A stretch of DNA of 38,523 bases from positions 1-38,523 of the forward strand of contig CAZVAA010000002.1 in assembly GCA_964624125.1 (NCBI GenBank), read 5' to 3'. Below the pieces are notes generated by a model. It had not been told where the DNA came from. It searched no databases and saw nothing but the letters and a program-made list of their open reading frames with translations. The DNA comes from an uncultured Sphaerobacteraceae bacterium. Lineage in GTDB: Bacteria > Chloroflexota > Chloroflexia > Thermomicrobiales > UBA6265. Shown here one piece after another: positions 1 through 8,873 of the stretch. Made by a program: the position numbers and the translations under genes. How positions within the stretch are numbered: the stretch's first letter is position 1; each line of letters opens with the position of its first letter.

Positions 1-898
1 GCGCGTTCCGGATCGCCATCTCGGGCGTATAGGCGAGGTACGGCGCGTCCCACGCCGACTGTCCACTGGCAAGGATCGTCGCTCTGGGTTTCGCGCCATG
101 TTCTGTCGCCCACTCCTCAGAAGCGACGACCACCGCCGCGGCACCGTCGTTCACCCCTGGCGCGTTGCCGGCGGTGACGGTGCCGTCCTTGTCGAAGGCA
201 GGCTTCAGTTTCGCCAGTGCCTCGGCGCTCGTTTCCCGACGCGGTGCCTCATCGACCTCGACGGTGACGGTCTGCTTGCGCTGCTGGACCTCGACCGGGA
301 CGATCTCTTCCGCAAGGCGGCCATCATCCATTGCCGCCAGCACTCGCTGGTGCGAACGAAGCGCCCACGCATCCTGCTCTTCGCGGCCCACCTTTTCCTC
401 ATCGGAGACGCGACCGCCGTGCATGCCCATGTGACAGTTCTCGATGGCGCACCACAATCCATCGTTGATCATCATGTCGACAAGCTCGCCATTCCCCATC
501 CGGTACCCGGAACGGGCATTTCGGAGGAAATATGGCGCGTTCGACATGCTCTCCATACCACCCGCGACCATCACCGCACCTTCTCCCAGCCGCAATTGCA
601 TATCGGCGAGGGAGATGGCGCGCAGACCAGACCCGCAGACGCGGTTGATCGTCTCCGCGGTCACCGTGCGGTCCAGGCCGAGCCCAAGACCGACCTGTCG
701 GGCAGGGTTCTGGCCCGCGCCACCCTGCAACACATGTCCCATGACCACATGGTTGATGGCATCATCGGCCACGCCTGATCGCTCGATCGCGGCACGCGCG
801 GCAATCTTGCCCAGTTCTACAGCTGTCAGGGACGACAAAGCCCCGTTCATCTTCCCGAACGGGGTCCTCGCCCCACCCAGGATCACCGATCGTCCCAC
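1..898 (-). CDS. Acetyl-CoA acetyltransferase (thiolase), N-terminal ~299 codons. The 3' end runs off the left window edge.
   Basis: My own translation of the minus strand from GTG at 898 gives [23 protein letters not shown]...[15 protein letters not shown]...[11 protein letters not shown]...[22 protein letters not shown] is the thiolase catalytic-Cys motif. AAGGAGG lies 5-6 nt upstream (901-910). It is absent from the ORF track because no stop codon lies inside the window. Confidence 0.85.
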   Translation of the reverse strand, partial: MGRSVILGGARTPFGKMNGALSSLTAVELGKIAARAAIERSGVADDAINHVVMGHVLQGGAGQNPARQVGLGLGLDRTVTAETINRVCGSGLRAISLADMQLRLGEGAVMVAGGMESMSNAPYFLRNARSGYRMGNGELVDMMINDGLWCAIENCHMGMHGGRVSDEEKVGREEQDAWALRSHQRVLAAMDDGRLAEEIVPVEVQQRKQTVTVEVDEAPRRETSAEALAKLKPAFDKDGTVTAGNAPGVNDGAAAVVVASEEWATEHGAKPRATILASGQSAWDAPYLAYTPEMAIRNA

Positions 899-961
899 GT
901 ATGCCTCCTTAAGAAACGGTGCGCATGTCTGTTGCGGATAGTATCGACTATTTGACGCCCA

Positions 962-990
962 ACGGGCCGGATGCTCGCGCACCGGCCCGT
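962..990 (-). terminator. GC-rich hairpin between the acyl-CoA dehydrogenase stop and the thiolase start (ACGGGCCGG-N11-CCGGCCCGT). No U-tract.
   Basis: Inverted repeat read directly in the sequence. Its position is intercistronic, so it may be a terminator, attenuator or mRNA-processing/stability element. Confidence 0.25.
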
Positions 991-1021
991 GGTTCCAACT
1001 CACATGCGATCAGGACGCAGC

Positions 1022-2224
1022 CTATGCCTCGTCCTCGAACCCGACAGCCGGCGGCTGTGGACTGCTGAGCGGCTTGTCGACGCGATAACCGAGCGCGTAC
1101 TCCGCCTGCAGGATCTGGTGAATCTGGCTCGTGCCCTCGTAGATCGTCGAGCCACGGGCGTTGCGCAGGTAACGCTCGACCGGGTAGTCGTTCGAGAAGC
1201 CATAGGAGCCATAGATCTGGACCGCATCGTCGGCCGCCTTGAGGGCGGCTTCCGTCGCGTACCACTTCGCCAGGGAAGTCTCCTTCGTATTGCGGAATCC
1301 CCGGTTCTTCAGCTCGGCGGCCTTGAACACAAGCAGGCGCGAGGCCTCGTAGCCAGCCACCATGTTCGCGATCATCTGCTGCACGAGCTGGTGACGGCCG
1401 ATCGGTACCCCGAAGGTGTGACGATCGTTCGCGTACGTCACGCTCGCATCGAGCGCGGCCCGGTTCAGGCCCATCGCTCCGGCGGCAACGGTGAAGCGGC
1501 CCTGGTCGATCGCGCTCATCGCGATCTTGAAGCCTTCGCCCTCCTCACCGATCCGGTTCGCGGCGGGAACGCGGACATTGTCGAAGCTCATCTCGCCCGT
1601 ATTGCCCGCGCGGACACCGAGCTTGCCCGGAATGGTGCCGGTCGTGAACCCGTCCATCCCGCGCTCGACGATGAACGCGGCCAGGCTCTTGTGTTTCTGG
1701 GAGCGATCGAGGCTTGCAAAAACGAGGAAGTTGTCGGCGATGTCGGACAGCGAGATCCACATCTTCGACCCGTTGAGGATGTAATCATCGCCATCCTTCG
1801 TGGCCGTGGTCTCGATGGCGCCGGCATCGGAGCCAGCGGCAGGCTCGGTCAGCCCGAAGGTGGCGATCTTCTCGCCCTGCGCCTGCGGGACCAGGAAGCG
1901 CTGCTTCTGGTCCTCGTTGGCCCACTGGTGCAGCGTCAGGCTATTCAGGCCAATGTGAACGCTGAGCACGACGCGCAGCGAGGTGTCGATATACTCGAAC
2001 TCCTCGCATGCCAGCGCGAGGCTGACGTAGTCGAGACCCAGCCCGCCGTACTCTTCGGGGATCGGCAGGCCAAGAATGCCAGCCTCGCCCATCTTGTCGA
2101 TGATGTCGCGGCTGTAGTTCTGCTTCGCGTCCCATTCCTTGACGAAGGGCGCGGCCTCGCGTTCCGCAAACTCGCGGACCATCTCCTGTACCTGAATCTG
2201 CTCCTCGGTCAGGTCAAAATTCAT
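1022..2224 (-). CDS. Acyl-CoA dehydrogenase (short/medium-chain, butyryl-CoA dehydrogenase-like)
   Basis: 400-aa ORF. MNFDLTEEQ start typical of ACADs. FGLTEPAAGSDAG and YEGTSQIHQ motifs. Adjacent to the thiolase. Confidence 0.9.
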   Translation of the reverse strand: MNFDLTEEQIQVQEMVREFAEREAAPFVKEWDAKQNYSRDIIDKMGEAGILGLPIPEEYGGLGLDYVSLALACEEFEYIDTSLRVVLSVHIGLNSLTLHQWANEDQKQRFLVPQAQGEKIATFGLTEPAAGSDAGAIETTATKDGDDYILNGSKMWISLSDIADNFLVFASLDRSQKHKSLAAFIVERGMDGFTTGTIPGKLGVRAGNTGEMSFDNVRVPAANRIGEEGEGFKIAMSAIDQGRFTVAAGAMGLNRAALDASVTYANDRHTFGVPIGRHQLVQQMIANMVAGYEASRLLVFKAAELKNRGFRNTKETSLAKWYATEAALKAADDAVQIYGSYGFSNDYPVERYLRNARGSTIYEGTSQIHQILQAEYALGYRVDKPLSSPQPPAVGFEDEA

Positions 2225-2305
2225 GTCGCCAATTCCACTTTCCGATAGCCCTCAACAGGCCGAGTTCATCAGTTGTGAAAGTATACCGGGCCAGAGGGCG
2301 TCTGC

Positions 2306-3052
2306 TCAGGATCGCTGTACCAATCGGGGGCCTCGTACGACATCCCCGGAGGTGATTCGAGTGACCTCCCCGGAATTCTCCAGCCGCAGCGCACCGTCGG
2401 GATCGATCCCACTCAGCGTCCCGGTGATCTCCTGTCCGCCGTTGATCACGGTCACCAGTTCTCCCTGCATCGCCAGCTTCCGCTGGATGTCAGCCCAGAA
2501 CGGTTGGCTCGCTCCGGCGAGCAACGCCCGGTATCGCTGATCCAACCCGTGGAGGATAGCCGTCCTCAGGTCGTCCAGGTCATATGTCGACCCGGTCTCG
2601 CGCAAAAAACTGGTCGCCTCACCAGGCAGCGCGTCCGCCGGAATATTCGCGTTCACGCCAAGCCCTGCGATCATGACCAGGCCCCCTCCGATACTGCTCG
2701 TCTGGATCAACACGCCGGACACTTTACGTCCGTTGATGAGCACGTCGTTTGGCCACTTGATTTGAGGTTGCAGCCCGGTCATCTCTTCAACGGCACCCGC
2801 GATCGCGTCTGCCGTGAGGATCGCCATCGGCGTCAACTCATGAAGTGGCAGATCTGGCCGCAGCACCACCGAGCACAGGAGCGCGGTTCCTGGTGGCGTG
2901 TACCAGGAGCGATTCGCCCGGCCTCGCCCCGATGCCTGATACCCCGCCACGACACAGGTGCCTTCGCCGGCGCCCTGCCGGGCAAGGAAAGCGGCGACGT
3001 CCATCGTCGAGCCGACCCGGTCGAACCTGACAAGTAGACGCCCCAGCGGCAT
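2306..3052 (-). CDS. birA: Biotin--[acetyl-CoA-carboxylase] ligase, class I (no N-terminal HTH)
   Basis: 248 aa. GRGRANRSWYTPPGTALLCSV (the GRGRxGRxW biotin-protein-ligase signature) and KWPNDVLINGRKVSGVL. Its ATG shares one nucleotide with the upstream stop (TGATG). Confidence 0.85.
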   Translation of the reverse strand: MPLGRLLVRFDRVGSTMDVAAFLARQGAGEGTCVVAGYQASGRGRANRSWYTPPGTALLCSVVLRPDLPLHELTPMAILTADAIAGAVEEMTGLQPQIKWPNDVLINGRKVSGVLIQTSSIGGGLVMIAGLGVNANIPADALPGEATSFLRETGSTYDLDDLRTAILHGLDQRYRALLAGASQPFWADIQRKLAMQGELVTVINGGQEITGTLSGIDPDGALRLENSGEVTRITSGDVVRGPRLVQRS

Positions 3053-4413
3053 CAGCCAGCCACCTCGTCGGTTTGCTCCGGCTCGTCGTCCTTGCCTCCG
3101 CCGATTCGCCAGCGCTCCCGGTCTTTTTCCTTGGGCTCCTCGTCTTCCTCCTCGACAGGGAGATAGGTCACTCGCATCTGGCGGACGCGATGGCGCTCAA
3201 CCTTGAGGATTTCGACGCGTACGCCTTCGGCCTCAAACGAGTCACCCTGGACCGGCAATCGCCCAAGGTGTTTGTGCACGAATCCTCCAAGGGTGCCGAA
3301 CTCATCATCCCGCTCGAAACGAATACCCAATGCGTCCTCGACATCCTCGATCGGCAACCGGCCGTCCGCGATGATGGCGTCCGGCGCGCTCTTGTCGAAC
3401 AGCGGCGTCTCCGAATCGTATTCATCCTGGATCTCGCCGACGATCTCCTCGAGGATGTCCTCGATCGTGACCAGCCCGGCAGTCCCCCCGTACTCATCCG
3501 CAACGATTGCCATGTGGATGCGCGTCCGCTTCAGCTCCGTGAACAACTCACTCAGCTTCTTGGACTCCGGGACCACGAACGCAGGGCGAATCAGGTCCAA
3601 CAGCGGAATCCGGATCGTATTCCCGATCACGAACGGCAGCAGGTCCTTGACGTAGAGCACCCCGAGCACATTGTCGATCGACTCCCGGTAGACAGGGATT
3701 CGGGAATGCCCCTCCTTGGTGATGGTGTCGATCATCTCCCGAACGTTGACCGTCCGGTCCAGCGCAACGATGTCCAGGCGCGGCACCATGATGTCGCGGA
3801 CGCTCATCTCCTCGAGGCTGAGGATGCCATCGATCATCTGGCGCTCACTCTCGCCGATCACGCCATCGTCGCCGGCAAACCGTTGGAAGCTGAGCTCGTC
3901 CTCGGTGCCGACATTGTCGGGAATCGCGTTTTCGCCCGGGATGACGGCTCGGAAGAGTTCGGCGAACCGCTCGACAACCCAGGCTACAGGGGCCAACAGG
4001 CGGGTCACGCCACGTCCAATCCCCAACGCGCGCTCGAGGCTCGCATCACTGAGTTGCTTGTCGACGATCGCCCTCGGGAGCGCCAGGCCAAAGATGACGT
4101 AAACGACCGCCACAAGGACGATCGCGAGCCAGTCGAACCGGTCATGCGTCCATTGGTCAACCAACTGGGTCAACTGGCTGCCGGCAATGACGGTCACCAG
4201 CAATTGCACGAAGAGCATCGCGCTGGCCATGGCGCGGCGAGGATTGACAAACGTACGGGTATTTCGCCCGGATCTGGGGCGCGGCTCCGTCGTTTCGGGG
4301 AGGAGTCGTTGGTTCGTCGCTTGACCGACGATGGTAAGGATGACACCTGCGGCAACCAGGATCAGGATAGCGATAGCGGCGATGACCAAATGTTGCCAAT
4401 CGTCAGCGTCCAA
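3052..4413 (-). CDS. CNNM/CorC-family membrane protein (DUF21 TM domain + CBS pair + CorC_HlyC transporter-associated domain), hemolysin-family annotation type
   Basis: 453 aa. Hydrophobic N-terminal helices, a CBS-pair region (VRDIMVPRLDIVAL...IPVYRESIDNVLGVLYVKDL) and a C-terminal CorC_HlyC-like GTLGGFVHKHLGRLPVQGDSF. TTG start with AAGGAAGG 6 nt upstream. Confidence 0.85.
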   Translation of the reverse strand: MDADDWQHLVIAAIAILILVAAGVILTIVGQATNQRLLPETTEPRPRSGRNTRTFVNPRRAMASAMLFVQLLVTVIAGSQLTQLVDQWTHDRFDWLAIVLVAVVYVIFGLALPRAIVDKQLSDASLERALGIGRGVTRLLAPVAWVVERFAELFRAVIPGENAIPDNVGTEDELSFQRFAGDDGVIGESERQMIDGILSLEEMSVRDIMVPRLDIVALDRTVNVREMIDTITKEGHSRIPVYRESIDNVLGVLYVKDLLPFVIGNTIRIPLLDLIRPAFVVPESKKLSELFTELKRTRIHMAIVADEYGGTAGLVTIEDILEEIVGEIQDEYDSETPLFDKSAPDAIIADGRLPIEDVEDALGIRFERDDEFGTLGGFVHKHLGRLPVQGDSFEAEGVRVEILKVERHRVRQMRVTYLPVEEEDEEPKEKDRERWRIGGGKDDEPEQTDEVAG

Positions 4414-4464
4414 GAAAAACCTTCCTTATGAATACGCGAAAGATCGCTGGCGAACGAGTGGAGC

Positions 4465-5400
4465 TCAGGTAAACAACGCGCTGACGCTGAGATCCTTGTG
4501 TGTCCGCATAATCGCTTCCGCCAGGAGCGGAGCGACACTCACGACCTTGACACGGCCCTTGCCGTGCTCCGGCAACGGAATCGTGTCCGTCACCATGACT
4601 TCATCGATCGGGGACTGCTCGATTTTCTCGATCGCGTCCCCGGCGAAAATTCCGTGGGTTGCGCAGACGTGGACTTTCGCGGCGCCACGTTCCTTCAGCA
4701 GGCGCGCCCCTTCGACCAGCGTGCCGCCTGTCGAGATCATGTCATCCACGATCACGGCGGTCTTGCCTTCCACATCGCCGACCATCTCGAGCGTCTCGGT
4801 TTTATCGGCTTCGGGATGCTGCTTCGAGATGATCGCCAGGGCACCTCCGGCCCGCTTCCTGAAATGCTCCGCCCGACCGACGCCACCCGCATCCGGGCTC
4901 ACCACGACGATCTCATCGCTGACGTCGTGCCGGAATGCGCGTGCCAGTAACGAAGACGCCCGCAGGTGATCGACAGGGATATCGAAGAATCCCTCGATCG
5001 CCGGCGAGTGCATGTCCACCGACAGGACGCGATCGGCCCCGGCCACTGTGATCAGGTTGGCGACCAGCTTGGCGGAGATCGGCTCGCGTCCGGAGGTCTT
5101 CTTCTCCTGCTTCGCGTAGCCGTAATAGGGCATCACGGCGGTGATTCGCCGCGCCGATGCCCGCTTGAGCGCGTCGAGGATGAGGAGCAGCTCCATCAGG
5201 TGATGGTTGACCGGGTCACAGGTCGGTTGGACGACAAAAACGTCCGAGCCACGGACGTTCTCCTCCAGCTTGACGCGCGTTTCACCGTTCTTCCACTGCG
5301 TTACGATCGCTCGACCAGGATCAACTTCCAGGTCATCGCATATCGATTGCATGAGCGCCGGATGCGCATTCCCCGTGAACAGCTGGAGACGTCCTTCCAT
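4465..5400 (-). CDS. prs: Ribose-phosphate pyrophosphokinase (PRPP synthetase)
   Basis: 311 aa. LFTGNAHPAL, DMHSPAIEGFFDIPVDHL, and the PRPP loop AVIVDDMISTGGTL. Confidence 0.92.
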   Translation of the reverse strand: MEGRLQLFTGNAHPALMQSICDDLEVDPGRAIVTQWKNGETRVKLEENVRGSDVFVVQPTCDPVNHHLMELLLILDALKRASARRITAVMPYYGYAKQEKKTSGREPISAKLVANLITVAGADRVLSVDMHSPAIEGFFDIPVDHLRASSLLARAFRHDVSDEIVVVSPDAGGVGRAEHFRKRAGGALAIISKQHPEADKTETLEMVGDVEGKTAVIVDDMISTGGTLVEGARLLKERGAAKVHVCATHGIFAGDAIEKIEQSPIDEVMVTDTIPLPEHGKGRVKVVSVAPLLAEAIMRTHKDLSVSALFT

Positions 5401-5408
5401 GCTGGCTC

Positions 5409-6836
5409 TTACCCTTTCCCGGCTTCGCCGTCAGGCGTCTTTTGCCGCTTCACGATCGGCCGCGCCGGCACACCGACGACGGTCGTATCTGGCGGGACAT
5501 CGCGATTGACCACGCTGCCCGCCCCGGTCTTGCTGCCTTCGCCCACCGAGACCGGTGCCACAAACACCGTGTCACACCCGACAAACACGTCATTGCCGAG
5601 TTCCGTGCGGTTCTTCCTTACGCCATCGTAGTTGGCCGTGATCGTACCCGCTCCGATATTGACGCGCTCGCCGACCGAGGCATCGCCGAGATACGAGAAA
5701 TGCCCGCTCCTGGCGCCATTGCCCATCACTGAGTTCTTCAACTCGGCAAAATTCCCGATATGGACCTGCTCGCCAATCACGGAACCGCCCCGGATGTGGG
5801 CATACGGCCCGGCATCGGAACCGTCCTGCATCGTGGAATGCTCGATTGTGGAGGACTGGATGGTCACGTTGTCGCCGATCGTGGCGTGGTCGAGCACAGC
5901 GTTCGGGCCGATACGGCACCCCCGGCCTATTGTCGTCGCGCCCATGATGACGCTGCCTGGAAGGATGACCGTGTCCGGTCCGATTTCTACCTGCTCATCA
6001 ATGAAGATCGTCTCCGGGCCGATCATCGTCACGCCACTCATCATCAGGCGGTTGCGCACCCGCTGCCGGACGATAGCGTCCGCTTCGGCCTGTTGCACGC
6101 GGTTATTGATGCCAAGAGAGACTTCCTTCGGCGCCTGGACCGTGTCGACCGGCCACGGCTCACCGTCGACATGCTCGCGAGCCGCCATCGCAACGAGATC
6201 GGTGAGCAAGTATTCACCGGTCGCCTCGTCAAGCGGTAGTCGCTCGAGCGCGTCGCGCGCCCATCCGGCCTCCAGCACCATGATGCCGCTGTTGATCTCG
6301 GTCTCGCCGATCCGCCGGGCGGGATCATCGTTCTTGTGTTCGATGATGCCGGTAACCCGGTCATCGCCATCGCGGTCGATTCGGCCGTACGTTTGCGCAT
6401 CGGGCATCAGGCACGACAGGATCGTGATCTTCGATCCGGTAGTCGCGGCCTGGTTGGTCAACTGCTTCACGATCTCGCCGGTCAACAACGGATTGTCACC
6501 AAGCAGGGAAACGAGATAGTCGACCTCGGGCACCTGCTTCAGGGCAGTGTGCACCGCGTCTGCTGTGCCCCTGGGGGGATCCTGCACGACGGTCTCGAAT
6601 TCGCCGTCCATGCCGAGGATCGCCGGCATGTCGACCATGCCAGGGCTCACGACCGTGAGCAGGCGCTCCGGCTCGATCGCGAGACCGGCGCGAATGATCC
6701 GCTCGACGAGAGGCATCCCGCCAACGGGATGGATATGCTTTGGGGATTGCGACCGCATGCGGGTCCCGTGCCCTGCGGCGAGCACCGCGACGGCGACGCG
6801 TGGGTTAGCACTCTGGGAACCGGTATCGTTTGTCAC
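5409..6836 (-). CDS. glmU: Bifunctional UDP-N-acetylglucosamine pyrophosphorylase / glucosamine-1-phosphate N-acetyltransferase
   Basis: LAAGHGTRM nucleotidyltransferase motif near the N-terminus, plus C-terminal hexapeptide (left-handed beta-helix) repeats. The track ORF (to 7160) reads through a tRNA gene. I place the start at GTG 6836 (VTNDTGSQSANPRVAVAVLAAGHGTRM), downstream of the tRNA. The exact start is uncertain. Confidence 0.85.
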   Translation of the reverse strand: MTNDTGSQSANPRVAVAVLAAGHGTRMRSQSPKHIHPVGGMPLVERIIRAGLAIEPERLLTVVSPGMVDMPAILGMDGEFETVVQDPPRGTADAVHTALKQVPEVDYLVSLLGDNPLLTGEIVKQLTNQAATTGSKITILSCLMPDAQTYGRIDRDGDDRVTGIIEHKNDDPARRIGETEINSGIMVLEAGWARDALERLPLDEATGEYLLTDLVAMAAREHVDGEPWPVDTVQAPKEVSLGINNRVQQAEADAIVRQRVRNRLMMSGVTMIGPETIFIDEQVEIGPDTVILPGSVIMGATTIGRGCRIGPNAVLDHATIGDNVTIQSSTIEHSTMQDGSDAGPYAHIRGGSVIGEQVHIGNFAELKNSVMGNGARSGHFSYLGDASVGERVNIGAGTITANYDGVRKNRTELGNDVFVGCDTVFVAPVSVGEGSKTGAGSVVNRDVPPDTTVVGVPARPIVKRQKTPDGEAGKG

Positions 6837-6894
6837 CTGGGGACAATCACTTCCGTTGATCGACGTTGCGGGGAATCGTCGGCAGCGAGTCAGG

Positions 6895-6965
6895 CTGGCG
6901 GACCAGGATTCGAACCTGGAATAAAGGCTCCAAAGGCCCTTGTGATACCATTTCACCATCCGCCA
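6895..6965 (-). tRNA. tRNA-Gln (anticodon UUG)
   Basis: Hand-folded cloverleaf on the minus strand: acceptor TGGCGGA/TCCGCCA, D arm GTGA-AATGGTA-TCAC, anticodon arm AGGGC-CTTTGGA-GCCTT (loop C-U-UUG-G-A), variable TATT, T arm CCAGG-TTCGAAT-CCTGG, discriminator G. The 3' CCA is not fully encoded (GCC T). Confidence 0.9.
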
Positions 6966-6979
6966 ATGCGGCCAAGGCA

Positions 6980-7009
6980 AGTCTACCGGGAAATGCCCGC
7001 TCCTGCCAA
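6980..7009 (-). promoter_or_regulatory. Sigma-70-like promoter for tRNA-Gln (and probably glmU-prs): TTGGCA-N18-TAGACT
   Basis: Hexamers read on the minus strand. The -10 ends 14 nt before the first tRNA nucleotide. Confidence 0.4.
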
Positions 7010-7116
7010 ATCGGTCCGCCTCTGGCGCGATCACCATTGGGAATCCGCTGTCCATTCCTACCGTGATTTTGCACCACGTTGGAGGACTCCTGCGATCGCA
7101 CAGGGCGCATGTATCG

Positions 7117-7824
7117 ATGACCCAGCCGTCCCGGCCCGACCCCACAACAACCACAGACACCTCGCCGCCCCCGCACCTTCGGGTGTGCGTCGCGCTGTTC
7201 CGCTGGACGTGTGGTCACCTCGAAGCAGCCATTATGGACGGAGGAATCCTTCCCTTCACCGCGCCCTCCGCCGAGGAGGCACTGGACGAGACGGCGGTTC
7301 GCTTCATCCGTGAAACGACCGGTGTCGACGCCCAATATCTCGAGCAGCTCTACACCTTCAGCCCAAGCCAGGGTGCGCCGCGCCAGATCGTCATCAGCTA
7401 CCTGGCACTCTTCCCGACCGACACGCCAACATCTGGTGCCGTCCAGGGCCTGTCGTGGCAACCGATTGGCGATATTGTCCTCGAGGACGAACTGGATCGG
7501 ATGGTGCTGGAGTACGCCCTGGTCCGCCTGCGCGCCAAGCTTGGGTACACCAACATCGCGTTCTATCTTCTGCCGGAGACATTCACGCTCACTGAACTGC
7601 AGCAGACGTACGAGATCATCCTCGATCAACCTATGGACAAGAGGAACTTCCGTCGACGCATGATCGCAAGCGGCATCCTGTCGGATACCGGCGAAAAGCG
7701 ACGTGAGGGAAGCCACCGGCCGGCAACCCTTTACCGGTTCCGGCCAGACGCCGACCAGTCGTCCTATCTCACCCCCAGATCGCAAGCGCCTGCCCGCCCC
7801 GAAGCGGAGCAGGAAGGAGAATGA
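7117..7824 (+). CDS. NrtR-family regulator (Nudix-like domain + C-terminal winged-helix domain)
   Basis: The C-terminal LLPETFTLTELQQTYEIILDQPMDKRNFRRRM...RPATLYRF matches the NrtR wHTH signature as I remember it. The N-terminal Nudix-like region has a degenerate Nudix box (AVRFIRETTGV instead of REx2EExGU). The start is uncertain (ATG 7117 versus GTG 7063). Confidence 0.7.
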   Translation: MTQPSRPDPTTTTDTSPPPHLRVCVALFRWTCGHLEAAIMDGGILPFTAPSAEEALDETAVRFIRETTGVDAQYLEQLYTFSPSQGAPRQIVISYLALFPTDTPTSGAVQGLSWQPIGDIVLEDELDRMVLEYALVRLRAKLGYTNIAFYLLPETFTLTELQQTYEIILDQPMDKRNFRRRMIASGILSDTGEKRREGSHRPATLYRFRPDADQSSYLTPRSQAPARPEAEQEGE

Positions 7825-8696
7825 ACCGGATGTCACTACGCCTCGGAATCGTTTCGGCATTCAGCAAACCGGAAGCAAAGGAGCTCAGCGTCAGCATCTC
7901 AACCTGGCTGAAGGAACGCGGATACTTCGTGCTCCAGGAAACGGAGATCCGGGCCGGCGAGGACCGCAATGTCGACACGATCATCGTGCTCGGCGGCGAC
8001 GGCCTGATGATGCGGATGGCGAACAACTTCCCGGATATTCCGCTCTTCGGCATCAACTTCGGCAAGGTCGGATTTCTCGCCCTGGTCGAGCAAAAGGACT
8101 GGAAGCCCGCGCTCCAGCTCTTCCTCGATGGAAAGTACGACATCGATGAAAGCTCCACCCTGGAAGCGTCGATCATGCGAAACGACAAGGCACACGAACA
8201 GGGCTGGGCGATCAACGATGTCGTTATTCGTGGCGGCAACCGGATGGTCGAGGACGAGCTTTACATCGACGGCTACTTCGTAAACACCTATCCCGGCGAC
8301 GGCATGATCGTCTCGACCCCGCGCGGCAGCACCGCCTACTGCATGGCGGCCGGCGGGCCAATCCTCACGCCGGGCGTGCGCGGGTTCGCGATCGTCCCGA
8401 TCTCCTGTCACTCCCCGATCCGCACCCCGATGATCTCCGCTGAGGACGCGCTGATCGAGATCATCCACACCACCGAGCATCCGGCATATCTCATCCTCGA
8501 CGGCCAGCAAACGATGGAGCTGCAACGAAACGATGTCGTGCGCATCACCCGCGGCGAGCACACCTTCAAGCTCGTCCGCGTCGGCATCACGAACTTCTAC
8601 GACGCCATTCGAACGAAGTTCAATTTCCAGGTCCGGCCGGACGCCATCCCCACTCGCCTCGCGACGCCCGCGGCAAATGACGGCACGGACGCCTAA
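7821..8696 (+). CDS. nadK: NAD(+) kinase
   Basis: 291 aa. VLGGDGLMMR (GGDG motif), NDVVI, STPRGSTAYCMAAGGPIL. Its ATG overlaps the NrtR stop (ATGA). An alternative ATG at 7830 has better SD spacing. Confidence 0.9.
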   Translation: MNRMSLRLGIVSAFSKPEAKELSVSISTWLKERGYFVLQETEIRAGEDRNVDTIIVLGGDGLMMRMANNFPDIPLFGINFGKVGFLALVEQKDWKPALQLFLDGKYDIDESSTLEASIMRNDKAHEQGWAINDVVIRGGNRMVEDELYIDGYFVNTYPGDGMIVSTPRGSTAYCMAAGGPILTPGVRGFAIVPISCHSPIRTPMISAEDALIEIIHTTEHPAYLILDGQQTMELQRNDVVRITRGEHTFKLVRVGITNFYDAIRTKFNFQVRPDAIPTRLATPAANDGTDA

Positions 8697-8812
8697 CGAA
8701 CGTTGGCTGACATCCGACATCAAGGTCGGCCAAATCCCGGTTCTCCAGCCCGGGCAATCAGCCGGTATGTTTGGGGTCGAAGCCTGACGATTGCACTCAC
8801 TCCACGACGCAC

Positions 8813-8846
8813 AAACGCTCCCGGACCGATCGGTCCGGGAGCGTTT
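8813..8846. terminator. Bidirectional intrinsic terminator hairpin between convergent nadK and the zinc-ribbon membrane gene
   Basis: Perfect 34-nt palindrome AAACGCTCCCGGACC-GATC-GGTCCGGGAGCGTTT, with an A-run 5' and a T-run 3'. Confidence 0.7.
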
Positions 8847-8873
8847 CATCATTCCTGAAGGAAGTAACGAGGG

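Noticed and set aside
971-2248. 425-aa plus-strand ORF over the acyl-CoA dehydrogenase gene. The same class includes 98..778, 3073..4431, 7899..8852, 9204..10388, 15450..16364, 17402..18598, 22834..23670, 26118..26996, 31548..32762, 33851..35020 and 35219..36211.
   Set aside because: All are antisense or out-of-frame to genes with strong family signatures. All show the Arg/Pro/Gly/His-rich composition of GC-rich shadow frames. Several span multiple real genes and intergenic terminators.
7092-7099. GCGATCGC (cyanobacterial HIP1-like octamer) upstream of the NrtR gene
   Set aside because: A single occurrence in that context, with no obvious over-representation in the window. It is expected by chance in GC-rich DNA and is not evidence of cyanobacterial origin.
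6837-7160. N-terminal 108-codon extension of the glmU ORF (track ORF 5409..7160)
   Set aside because: It reads straight through a well-folding tRNA-Gln gene and its promoter. The translated extension (e.g. MVKWYHKGLWSLYSRFESW) is just the tRNA sequence, and GlmU homology begins near LAAGHGTRM.
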